DNA from: Cetorhinus maximus
Taxonomy: Eukaryota
Length of the DNA: 64,000 nt
NCBI RefSeq assembly: GCF_964194155.1
Contig: NC_135883.1
Coordinates: forward strand, 91,450,001 to 91,514,000
Reading direction: 5' to 3'
A program made the translations under genes and the position numbers. This document shows positions 52,501 to 64,000 of the stretch, one piece after another. Under the pieces are notes generated by a model. It saw only the letters and a list, made by a program, of their open reading frames with translations, was not told where the DNA came from and did not search any database. The stretch's first letter is position 1. Each line of letters starts with the position of its first letter.

Positions 52501-53889
52501 GTTAGCGAGGCCAGAGGTAAGGGAAGGTTTCACAAGCTATCCCACTTTTGATGTGGTGAGATAAACTGGGAATATGCTTTGTGAGATCTACTTCTGATAC
52601 ACTTGTATTTGAAGTGATGCATTTGGGGTGATCTTTTGAGTATTCTCTGCAGCCTGGGGGAAACAGGCTGGCAGCATCCAGAATTAAAGTAACCAGTCAC
52701 ATCTCATAAATTGTTATTAAAAACATAGACATTCTTTCTGTTTGAATTGTGGCCAGCTTTCCATTAGACACAATGAGTCTGGTGAATCAATGGCCAATTA
52801 CCAATGAGTATGGGCCTAAAGCAGGCAAAGAAAAACTGCAGCTAATTTCATACTAAATTTGCAATCTCACTCAGAGACACCACAACTTCTGTGGGAAATA
52901 GAAAATGTCATGCTGATGAAGGAAGGAACTGTTATACGATTTGACTGAGGCACATTGTTGGGGTAGAATATTCTCCATTTTAGTTGTTTGGTAGTACAGA
53001 ACTTAAGTATTGTTTAAAAGAGGCATGTTGTTGAAGCTTTTTCAAAGCTTCGGTGCCTTTTTCAGCAATATTCTAAATCTTGTGGCATTGACATTAAAGG
53101 GGTAATTTCTCTCCTTTTCCGATGGAATCACATGAAGAAAATTCTGGCACTTGTTGTACACAGTTTTCTAACTGTTATTTTAAATGGTTGGGAAATAGTG
53201 CATTGTGGAAGCCCAAATATCTGACGTGTGCTCCTGGCTGGTAGTGCTTCTCATCGGAAGTGAATTTTTAATTGCATAAAATGGGAAAGTGTTTCTTTTT
53301 TTGATAGAAACATTCCTCACTCGATGAATAAAAACAGTAGCGTACTGAGGCCTTTATAAATCTCTCTTTCACAAAAACTCTGCTTTATACCTACATCTAC
53401 TTATTTTGTTGCTGGAATTAATGAATAAAAGAAAATATAGCCCCAGGTATTTGAAATGGACGTGACCACATGTCTTATGCTGGGAAAGTAAAGAAGACTT
53501 TCAATGTAAATAGCAGTGTTGAAAGAATAACAAGGTTTGATGGCAGTATGGTCATTAGTAATCCAGTAAGTGACAAGTCACATGCCCCTTAATGTTAATA
53601 TTTGCAATGATTTTCAAAAAAAATCAGACCTGCTGAGCTCTACGTTAGTACATTACATGTGGTTTATTACATGTCAGCTTAGATGACTGTGTTATAAATG
53701 GGACATTATTTTGCAGTGCCACATTTTTATTCAATGGCTCATCTTTCGGGTCTAATCATAATAACATAAAAAGACCTGCTTCAAGGATTCCTCTAGGGAG
53801 AAATGGCAGCAAAAGATTGTGTATGTACAAGTAAAAATTTAAATTCCCATTCTAATGAAGGTTTCAGTGAACTTCACATCTGATCAAAG

Positions 53890-55170
53890 TGTCAACATAC
53901 TGGGGATTTGGATTGAAGATGCCAAAGGGTATTTAGGTGTGCTAGGAATGAGGTATATCTTTAAGTTCACTTTTAGCTTTAAGTTTAATTTGTATTTCTG
54001 TATTTGTGTGTTAAGAAAAGAAGTTGAGTTTTAGTTTCACTTTAAAACATGCCTGCATTTTAATGCAGATTTTATGACTCTTGAAGGGGAGATAAAACAA
54101 ACAAGGTAGAAAAAAAAACCTGTGCTGTTGCCTAGCTACAGGAGGCCCCACAGAAACAGAAAAGTAGTTTCAGTTGAGTTGAAGGAAGGACTCCAGAGAG
54201 GCTGGATGGAGGAGGAAACTCCAGGAGCAGATTCCAGAAACGAAAGAAGAAAGTCCCAAAATCCAGGTGAGTGGAACAGGAAAGGTCCCAAGAGGACAGT
54301 TAAGTCAAAGGGAAAGGACAGGAACCTGGAAAAGGTCCTGTTAAGTGAAGTTAAGAGCGAGGAGCAGAGAGGAAGGCTCCAAGCTTCAAGCTTAAAGAGG
54401 AGAAAGCAGCAGGAAGCAGACTTAAAGCAAAAATGGCTTGTGAGAAGCCAGAAGGTCCAAGGAGACAGCTAAAGGTCTGTAACTCTTTACTGTGGGCATA
54501 TGAAGCAGTGGTGTTCTGTTGGCATGGTTGAGCAAATGAGAGATAGTGCATGCAAGGAAGCTTGATTTCACATGGCGATTCAGAGGAGAGGAATATCAGA
54601 AGGAGAGCTCAAAACCCTAGAGGTAGACCCTCGTGGAAGGCGTTTGAGAGAAAGCATTGTTTGGGATAAGATTCCAGAGCGAGTTCTTCAAGAGTGGAGA
54701 TTGGAAACCCTCGTGTGAAAGACAGAATTCAGTGAGACCGGTTGGTTCATGGTGTGACAAGCGTCTGGAAGAAGTTGAGAGATTCATAGCATCTGTTTGG
54801 GGTAGCATCTGTCATTTGGTTTCAGAGTGTGGCGTGTCTGACCACAGGTTGCCTATTGGTTTATACGGACTGTGTACTTACTGTGAACATTAGAGTATAA
54901 ATAGCTTTTGTAACTTGTGTTATCCTTACAAATCTGTATAAAACTGTAAAGGTATAGTTGTGGGTAAAGGAGCATTGTAATATAGTGAATCTTTTCTTGT
55001 TTAATAAATGTTTTATTCTTCTGTTAAAAGTTCATCAATTGACTCCTGTGACTCTGTTCAGGAGCCACTCTCCACGTATCTAAACAAAAAATAAAAGTTA
55101 TGATTTATCAAGCCGGTTTCCACCCTAGGATCTGACTTGTCCAGTTGTAACATCAGCTGAGGTCATAACA
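53890..55170 (+). mobile_element. Probable solo LTR (~1.3 kb)
   Basis: Ends in ggtcataaca, like the Gypsy LTR terminus; TATA-like ~54936 and aataaa 55003-55008. 5' boundary uncertain, no TSD found. Confidence 0.55.
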
Positions 55171-55589
55171 ATTATTCTTGCTACTGTATGACCAGGTACC
55201 TGACATAGCAGCGGACATGGCTGAAACAGTTACAAATTAATCTCAAGCATCTTCCAATACCATCCAGTAGCTAACCACTAGGTTATTACAGCACAGAAAT
55301 GATACATAAATGTCACCAAAGTGAAACATGAGGGCGGAAAGTATTAGCCACATACACTAGTTACTCTTAGAAAAATAAATTAAACTTTATTTAAACTATG
55401 TCCAAAAAGTTTTCCTCTGATGGTGCAGAATGAGGTATTAGCAGATCGAAGAATTGACAGCCCATCCAATTGAGGCAGTGTTGCAGACACTGTTTTAGGC
55501 TGCTGTTTGGATACTTGTTTTGTTCTTCAAGATGCATACATTGTGGTTGATAATAATCCCTTTGGCATTATTGGCTTTGTTGCTCATGT

Positions 55590-56407
55590 TGTTACGATTC
55601 CTGTAGTGACTGAAAACCTTTAGAAAGATATTTTAATTTCCAGTCACTAAGTGGAAGGATCACATGGCAAGAATTCAAGTTTTAAGGCTTTTACTGTAAT
55701 AAGCAAACTAAAATCAACACTGTATAAATAATATTCAGTATGCAACTTATACTCTAAACTACAGAAAGGATCCACCAGTTGACACTTAAAATGACAGAAA
55801 ATCCCCCTCCATGGTTATACTTTACTCTGTCCCTTAAGTGGACACTTCATTTTCCTAGAACCAGTCCAAAACTATTCTCAGCTCTCAATGGATCGTTTCC
55901 ATTTTCCTTTTCCAGCCAGATAAGTTCTAAACAGTTCTAATCCCCAAACAGACTTTCAAAGTGAGGGACAAATTGGAGATTCTTCCCTCTAACCAAGCCA
56001 AGCAAACCTTCCAAATCTTCGTGAACTCAGTCTCTTCAATTTGAACACAAGCTCCCACCCGTGTTTCGTGTGGAGAACAACAGGGCCAGCATTTTCTCTG
56101 CTTAAGTTGCAGCACTAATTGGCCATATCTTTTCGCTCTCTCCTTCTACCTCCCAGATTCTTGCAGACCGTGTTGCTTATCAGATTCAGGGATATCTTAA
56201 GAAAAAGTCTGTAACCCAATACTATAATGACTTGCCATTGGCTCTTTCTCTCTCAAAGCCAATCTCCATGATAATGTGAATCATATGGGCTTTGTATCCA
56301 GGCAGAAATGCTAATTACTTATACTTTAGACCCTCAATTCAATTCTATCTTGGACTTAAATAGAAAGTTTAAAGTATAATAATTTACAAAACCTTGCATT
56401 CCTAACA
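55590..56407 (-). mobile_element. Probable solo LTR (~820 bp)
   Basis: Termini tgttacgattcc / gcattcctaaca (TG..CA with a short imperfect inverted repeat); no clear TSD. Confidence 0.5.
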
Positions 56408-56894
56408 ACTCCCAGTGACTTGGAGACTAAGGCCTGAATTTTTGCAATGATGGAGAGGGTAAACAGATTAGCCAAAATGGTACTGGAGCCTCGATTCTGG
56501 AAGTCCTGCTCCTGAACTTAGCATCCACTATTTTCTTTGGAGGGATGGGATTGGGCAGAAGGTGGGTGGATGGCACTTTGCACATGCATGATTCACGGAG
56601 GCAGCTGCACATGTAAAATTTCAGCTGCCTTCAAACAGAACCAATTTTCATAGCAGGCTGCCCAAAGCATGACTTGTATGCTTTACAATTTTCAAGAGGG
56701 GATGCAAACTTACTTGAGTGCTTTGGAGAGGTAAAGTACCCTTTAGGATAGGTCCAGGGACACATTTGAGAAAGATCAACTGCCCTTTGTGAGACGCCAA
56801 GTGCCCTTTTGGATTGTTAAAATTAGATACGAATGCGTGCAAAAAAAGTGGCTAAACTCATTGGAACTGTTCAGCTGTCAAAGCATTTAATAGA

Positions 56895-57860
56895 GTCATA
56901 GAGGTCTACAACACAGAAAAAGGTCCATCCGCCCATCGAGTCTGCGCAGGTCAAACAAATTCCTAACTATTCTAATCCCATTTTCCAGCACTATGCCATG
57001 GCATCGGAAGTGCACATCCGAATACTTCTCAAATGTTATGAGGGTTTCTGGCTCTACTACCCTTTCAGGCAGTGAGTTCCAGATTCCCACCACCGTCTGG
57101 GTGAAAAACTTCTTCCTCACATCCCCTCTAAACCTCCTGCCCCTTACCTTAAATCTATGCCCCCTGGTTATTGATCCCTCCACCAAGGGGAAAAGTTCCT
57201 TCCTATCTACTCTATCTATGCCCCTCATAATTTTATACACCTCAATCATGTCCCCCCTCAATCTCCTCTGCTCCAAGGAAAATAACCCCAGTCTATCCAA
57301 TCTCTTCTCATAACTAAAACTCTCCAGCCCAGGCAACATCCTGGTAAATCTCTGCACTCCTTCTAATGCAATCACATCCTCCCTATAATGCCGATTCCAG
57401 AACTGCATGCAATACTCTAGCTGTGGCCTAACCAGCGTTTTATACAGTTCCAGCATAACCTCCCTGCTCTTATATCCTATGTCTCGGCTAATAAAGGCAA
57501 GTATGCAATATGCCTTCTTAACCACCTTATCTACCTGTCCCGCCACCTTAAGGAACCAGGGGACGTATACACCAAGGTCCCTCTGATCCTTGGTACTTCC
57601 CTGGGTCCTACCATTCATCGTGTATTCATTTGCCTTGTTTGTCTTGCCCAAGTGCATCACCTCACACTTATCCGGATTAAATTCCATTTGCCAGTGATCA
57701 GCCCATCTGACCAGCCCGTCTATATCCTCCTGTAACCTAAGGCTATCCTCCTCACTATTTACCACCCCACTAATTTTCATGTCATCCGCAAACTTACTGA
57801 TCAACCCAAGTCTAAATTGTTTATATATACCACAAACAGCAAGGGACCCAGCACCTATCC
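56895..57860 (-). mobile_element. Relatively young CR1 family A 3' fragment (long open RT C-terminal frame)
   Basis: 324-aa frame with SKFADD, WQMEFNPDKC, LVRPQLEYC, RRLRGDMIEVYK and IWNSLPERVV. Confidence 0.92.
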
Positions 57861-57874
57861 CACTGGACACTGGA

Positions 57875-60365
57875 CTGTAATGAGGACAGGAGCTGAATGG
57901 CTCTGGCTGAACCCAAACTAAGTGTCAGTGAGCAGATTATTGCTCAACAAGTGCCCAGTTTGGGTATCGCCAGGGCCACTCAGCTCCTGACCTCATCACA
58001 GCCTTGGTTCAAACATGGAAAAAAATAATTGAACTCCAGTGACTGAACTTGACATCAAGGCAGCCTTTGACTAAGTGTGGCGTCAAGGAACCCTAGCAAA
58101 ACTGGAGTCATTGAGAATCAGGGGAAAAACCAGTGGAGAACTGGTTGGATTCATACCTAGCACAAAGGAAGATGGTTGTGGTTGTTGGAGGTCAGTCATC
58201 TCAGCTTCAGAACATCAGTGCTGGATTTCCTCAGGGTAGTGTCCTCAGCCCAACCATCTTCAGCTGCTTCATCAATGACCTTCCTCCCATCATAAGGTCA
58301 GAAGTGGGTATGTTTGCTGATAATTGCACAATGTTCAGCAGAATTCTGAAGCAGTCCATGTCCAAATTCAGCAAGACCTGGTCAGTATCTAGGCTTGGGA
58401 TGACAAGTGGCATGTAACATTCACGCCACACAAGTGTCAGTCCTCCAACAAGAGAGAATCCAACCATCACCCCTTGATGTTCAATGGCATTACCATTACT
58501 GAATCCCCCACTATTAATATCCTGGGGTGGTTACCATTGACTAGAAAGCGAACTGGACTAGCCAAATAAATACTGTGGTTACAAGAGCAGGTCAGAGGCT
58601 AGGAATTGTGCGAAGAGTAACTCACCCCGTGACTCCCCAAGGCCTGCCCACCATCTACAAGGCACAAGACAAGAGTGTGATAGAATACTCCCCACTTGCC
58701 TGGATGAGTGCAGCTCCCACAACACTCAAGAAGCTGGACACCGTCCAGGAAAAAGCAGCCCGCTTGATTGGCACCACATCCATAAACATTCACTCCTCTC
58801 ACCACCAATGCACAGTAGCAGGAGTGTGTACCGCCTACAAGATGCACTGCAGGAATTCACCAAGGCTCCTTCGACAGCACCTTCAACACCCAATACCATC
58901 TAGAAGGACAAGGGCAACAGATAGATGGGAACACCACTGCCTGGAGGTTCCCCTCCAAGTAACTCACCATCCTGACATGGAAATATATCTCCGTTCCTTC
59001 ACTGTCACTGGGTCAAAATCCTGGATCTCCCTCCCTAACAGCACTGTAGGTGTAACTACACCACATGGACTGCAGCGGTTCAAGAAGGCAGCTTACCACC
59101 ACCTTCTCAAGGGCAACTAGGGATGAGCAATAAATGCTGGCCCAGCCAGCGAAGCCCACATCCTGTGAGTGAAATTTAAAAAGAAGTGCCACTTGATAGC
59201 ACTGTTGATGACCCCTTCCATTACTTTATTGATGATTGAGAGTAGACTGATGGATCGGTTATTGGCTTGGTTGGATTTGTCCTGCATTTTGTGTACAGGA
59301 CTTACCTGGGCAATTTTTAACTTTGCCAGGTAAATGCCAGTGTTGTAGTTATACTAGAACAGCTTGGCTAGGGGCTTGGCAAATTCTGGAGCACAGGTCT
59401 TCAGTACTATTGCCGGAATATTGCCAGGACCCATAGCCTTTGCAGTATCCAGTGCATCCACCCATTTCTTGATATCACGTGGAGTGAATTGAATTGGCTG
59501 AAGACTGGGATCTGTTGTGCTGGGGACTGCTGGAGGCAGGTTGGCGAGAATGAGGTCAAGTATGTTTTTCCCTCTTGTTGGTTCCCTCACCAGTTGCCAC
59601 AGACCCAGTCCAGCAGCCATTCCCTTTAGGACTTGGCCAGCTCAGTCTGTAGTTTTGCTGCCGAACAACTCTTGATGATGGACATTGAAGTCCCCCACAC
59701 ACAGTACATTCTGCACCCTTGCCCCCACTCAGTGCTTCCTCCAAGTGGTGGTCAACATGGAGGAGCACAGATTCATCAGCTGAGGAGGTGGTGGGGGTGG
59801 TGTGCGTGGGGCGGTATGTGGTAATCAGCAGGAGGTTTCCTTGCCCATGTTTGACCTGATGTCATGGGACTTCATGGGGTCTGGAGTTGATGTTGAGGAC
59901 TCCCAGGGCAACTCCCTCCTGACTGTATACCACTGTGCCGTCACCTCTGCTGGGTCTGTCCTGCCGGTGGGACAGGATATACCCAGGGATGGTGATGGTG
60001 GTGTCTGGGACATTATCTGTAAGATCTGATTCTATGAGTATGACTATGTCAGGCTGTTGCTTGGCCAGTCTGGGAGTCAGCTCCCCCAATTTTGGCACTA
60101 GCCCCCAGATGTTAGTAAGGAGGATTTTGCATGGTTGAAATGGCTGAGTTTGGTATTGCTGTTTCCAGTTCCTAGGTTGATGGCAGGTGGTCTGTCTGGT
60201 TTCATTCCTTTTAGAATTTTTTGCAGTTTGATACAGCTGAGTGGCTTGCTAGGTCATTTCAGATGCAGTTAAAAGTTAACTACATTGCTGTGGGTCTGGA
60301 GTCACGTGTAGGCCAATCTAAGTAAGGACGGCAGATTTTGTTCCCTGAAGGACATTAGTGAATCT
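57875..60365. mobile_element. LINE family B composite: antisense copy (57875-57955 and 59184-60365) with a sense copy (57956-59183) inserted in it
   Basis: Direct repeat aagtgcc at 57949-57955 and 59184-59190; the uninterrupted equivalent is at ~15030-15130. Confidence 0.85.
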
Positions 60366-61324
60366 GTTGGAAATGGGGGCCAGACTTCCACATCCAGGCC
60401 CTGTACACCATTTTTAAAGGTCCACAGTGTTTTCCCGACTCTGCAAAAATCCGTCCCTATTAGTCTATCCACCGTGAGCACAACTGCCCTGGTCATTGAT
60501 TACAGGTGTGAATATCTCACATCTCCTTCCCAGTAACCATTAACAACCAATCCACCCAAACTGGTTGTTGTCCAGAATTTAAACAAGTCAAATTACCCCC
60601 TCCATTCTTCCATTTTGCTCTCAAATCAGAAGCACAAAATGTAGCAATCTTCAAAACTTCGTATTTGTAACACTTTTCTGCTCTTGACTATCTCAATGGC
60701 CTTTTTTTGAAGACCTTTGATAACCTGGATCTCGAGGCACCATCCCTCCATTGTTTTTCTCCTTCAAATGGACCAAGAACAGAGGATTATCTGAAAATAA
60801 ATGTGTTCTGACTACTGCCTGGGAAGTAGACAGTGACCATCATAATCCTGTGCTGCTGGCCACTGATCACCTGCACAGTAACAAAAGGGAACAACTTGCA
60901 ATTTCTGATGACCTTAGGATTGTGTGTAGGGCTCTGGACTGTTATTAATAACTTTGAGAACTTGTAGAATCCTGAGATGATAAAAAATTGTCGGCCCTCA
61001 TTCTATTGCCAACTTTTCCTGAGGTAAGTAATGACCTGGTAACCAACGCAACTGTGATTTTTTTCGATGCATTTGTAAACTTTGGATTGACTGAAGTTGC
61101 TAATGATGGCTATTGTACATGGACTGAACTTAAGGCATAACAGTTGTGGCTGTGATGACCTTAGCTGCCATCACAAAAATGGAATAGCAAAATGAACTGT
61201 TATCCTGATTTTTAATTGGAGAAATCAAAAATCCATACAATAAGCTGTCACAAAGATCTTTGGAAATCTAGCCCTCAGAGATCTACTTTTAAAATCCCCA
61301 TCAGAAATAGTCATAAGAAAAACC

Positions 61325-61458
61325 TCTGAAGAAGAGTCATAGAGACTCGAAACATTAACTCTGTTTCTCTCTCAACAGCTGCTGCTAGACCTGCTGAGTT
61401 TTTCCAGCATTTTCTGTTTTTGTGTTAGATTTCCAGCATCCACAGTATTTTGCTTTTA

Positions 61459-61459
<1 letters not shown>
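61325..61459 (+). mobile_element. Penelope-derived short repeat with the best-preserved hammerhead core
   Basis: CTGAAGA (61326-61332)-A-GAGTC ataga GACTC-GAAAC (61349-61353)-att; runs into a (TA)n tract. Confidence 0.75.

Positions 61460-61496
<37 letters not shown>
61458..61496. repeat. (TA)n microsatellite
   Basis: Read directly from the sequence. Confidence 0.95.
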
Positions 61497-61500
<4 letters not shown>

Positions 61501-63277
61501 AATCTAGCTTGTTCCCCTGTAACCGGTCACTTGTTATGACCCTCCCATTGACTATTTAAATGGGCAAATTTTGAGCATAATGCGTTGTCTTTGCTTACAT
61601 CAGGGAATTGTACTTGGGCTCATTTCACACTTCTTTTACAATTGATTTCGATAGTGAAATGTAACTCTGAAACATTTGTGAGGATACTTTAGCTTGATGT
61701 CAATGGCCAGCTGGAAGATCCTGAGTTGCAGTATGGATCTCCATCAGATTTCCCATTCACGGCGTTCCTGTCGAGCTGCCTCCGCAGGCTCCACTTTATG
61801 AAGGAATTAGTGATGTTTGCTGTCTGCCAGACCTGTGTAGACACGATGACTGGGTTCTATTCACTATTGAAAGGGTGACCATTAGTAGAAGACAGGGAAG
61901 CTCCAATCTAATGCCAATTTTTCACAATTGAACATTCATACCAAATGTGACTATTTAACATGATTCAAGTTGGTTGGTGAAGTCAAAACTAAGACACAGA
62001 GCCTTTCCTTGCGGAGAGAATTTATTGACTTTGTCCCATGTGAACACTCCTCACCCACACCCAGTGCCCCAGCTATTCTCATTTATATATGTTCAAATAC
62101 CCATCACCTGTTTTCCTTAATGATGTATTTGACATTAACAAACCTTAACAATGTAATTGATAAGACATTAACAGCGACCTGCTATTTGAAGCAGTGATGG
62201 AAACCATTGCAGGACATTAATGTTGTGCCATGTGAAGCTCCAGTCCTTTGCTATTTCTTTCAAAATCATACAGGACATTAATAGCATGGAAAATCAACCC
62301 ACCTAACCAGCAGAGAGCAAACAACAAGCTGCAATATGTTACAAAGTGGGAATAACACAAAACATTGTTCATTAAAGAATGAACTAGCTTTCAGCCCTTG
62401 TAGCAACAAGTGTAACTAGAATATTGTACAAATTCCGAAGAAAATAAATGTCTCTCACAATAGAAACAATAGTTATTCTTGTTAAAGGGGCGTTGGCACT
62501 TCAATAGATTGTTTCCAGTCAGGTCAATTCCTGGAAAAAACTGATCTAAAAATTGCACTGCCGGCATGCTGTGCCCCAGGGTACAGTTTGTGCAGATGAT
62601 ATAACTGTTGAACTATGAACTTTTATAAAGTGCTTTTTAAAGTTTGAGCTGTGAGGATGCACCCCCTTTTATGCTCTTGCTAGTTCCATACTTCCCTTGC
62701 TCCACCCTCAACTGCCCCCATCTACATCTGAGGGGGCAAGGCAATCTAGTCCCATGCTATCCAAAAACAATTCTTGTGGGGTCTTAATGAGGCATGTGCA
62801 GACAAAGTGAGATGGCCGTCTTAGTTGGTAGCTCCCTGAGCATTATTCCATCCTGTTTCATTTGTGAACCTGCGTATCTCAATGTTACTATGCTCAATAC
62901 ATTTCTGATGTTTGAAAATACTTCTTGGGAATCTGAGCAAGCGTTTGACGTATTCAGTCAACTAAATACACAATTCTAATTTCGCACAATAAGTCACCTT
63001 GATCCAAAATAAACTATAGCATTTTGTGGAAAAAACAAATAACTCCAGCCTAATTTCTATATTGTTTTATCCTCTGAAGTGTCAGATGGCCAAATTGATT
63101 ACATTCAAATTAAATTCTGAATTCCTGTATAAACATTAAAGGAATTTTAAAGAGATATTGTTCAATTAAGGGGGTCGGGCTAGAGGTTGGGTGGGGGTGG
63201 TGGTGGTGAGGGTGATGGTTCTAGGTAATTCCATTCCTGGAAAAGTCATAAACAACAAATTCCCAAATCTTGGCTGA

Positions 63278-63430
63278 AAGAAAAGCAGAAAATTCTGGAA
63301 ATGCTCAGCGGGTCTGGCAGCATCTATGGGGGATGCACCTCTCCACAGATGCTGCCAAACTTGCTGGAAATTACCAGCACTTACTGTTTTTTTTTCAGAT
63401 TTCCAGCATCCATAGTATTTTCCTTTTATC
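63278..63430. repeat. Penelope-type palindromic short repeat
   Basis: Arms 'gggtctggcagcatctatgg' and 'ccacagatgctgccaaact' face each other across a short loop. Confidence 0.75.
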
Positions 63431-64000
63431 TTATCTGAAAGATGTTGCTGGTGAGGGAATTGTACTGTAACCAATATTGCATTTATTACTGTTTGAGCTA
63501 ATTTTTGTTCTATTATTTTAATTTGTATTAAATGAAAATATTCTATAGTAACGCCTAGGATCATCAAACAGTAACAATGGAGCTTTCTTTGTTTATAAAC
63601 GCCTCAATTTTTGTCTCATAAGGCATTTACTTGGATGCTGTCTTTACCTTCCACCGCATTTGGTGTGCTGACCTGATTGTATGTATATAATGATGACATT
63701 ATCAAAAATAGATTCACTGTAACTCAGGAAAGAGAAAGAGTCAGATTATTATTTAATTCCTGTGTGGGTATACACATCTTCAGAACAATCTCTTGGCTGC
63801 ATGTGCACACAATCGTTCTTGTTTTGAAAATGTTCTTTTTTTTGGCCCAATGGTTGTGCTTAAGGGTCTTTGATGTTTTTCAGCATTTTATGTCTTTAAC
63901 AGAATAACAGATATAACAGTTAAATATTTTACATTTAACGTTGATATCAACCAACTAAATAAATACATATAAGATGAAAACTCATGGCACTTCTGGCATG

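Noticed and set aside
56896-57870. 324-aa ORF as a host gene
   Set aside because: It is the 5'-truncated C-terminal part of a CR1 ORF2 lacking the endonuclease and most of the RT.

Overview
Eukaryotic, AT-rich, repeat-dense vertebrate DNA. The repeat families (HER1/CR1-type LINEs, a Deu-domain SINE, Penelope-type palindromes, Harbinger MITEs) point to a cartilaginous fish, probably a shark; this is inference. The only host gene recognised is the 5' part of CEP85L on the + strand: coding exon 1 at 7873-7933 (MWGRVISD...) and exon 2 at 28708-28869 (...[23 protein letters not shown]). The ORF track lacks exon 1 and shows exon 2 only as an unspliced ORF. The rest is upstream DNA and introns 1-2, filled with nested transposons: a decayed two-gene Harbinger element and many TIR derivatives, a Gmr1-like Gypsy element (integrase before RT, tRNA-Pro PBS), two CR1-clade LINE families (one apparently lacking ORF1 and carrying a tRNA/SINE-like head), L2 fragments, and Penelope-like pieces with hammerhead-ribozyme cores. 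A solitary histone H4 ORF flanked by a 10-bp direct repeat, with no stem-loop or poly(A), sits antisense in intron 2. No prokaryotic-type systems or CRISPR arrays are present. Repeat boundaries were judged by eye and are approximate unless TIRs or TSDs are quoted; comparisons to known proteins and consensus sequences are from memory.
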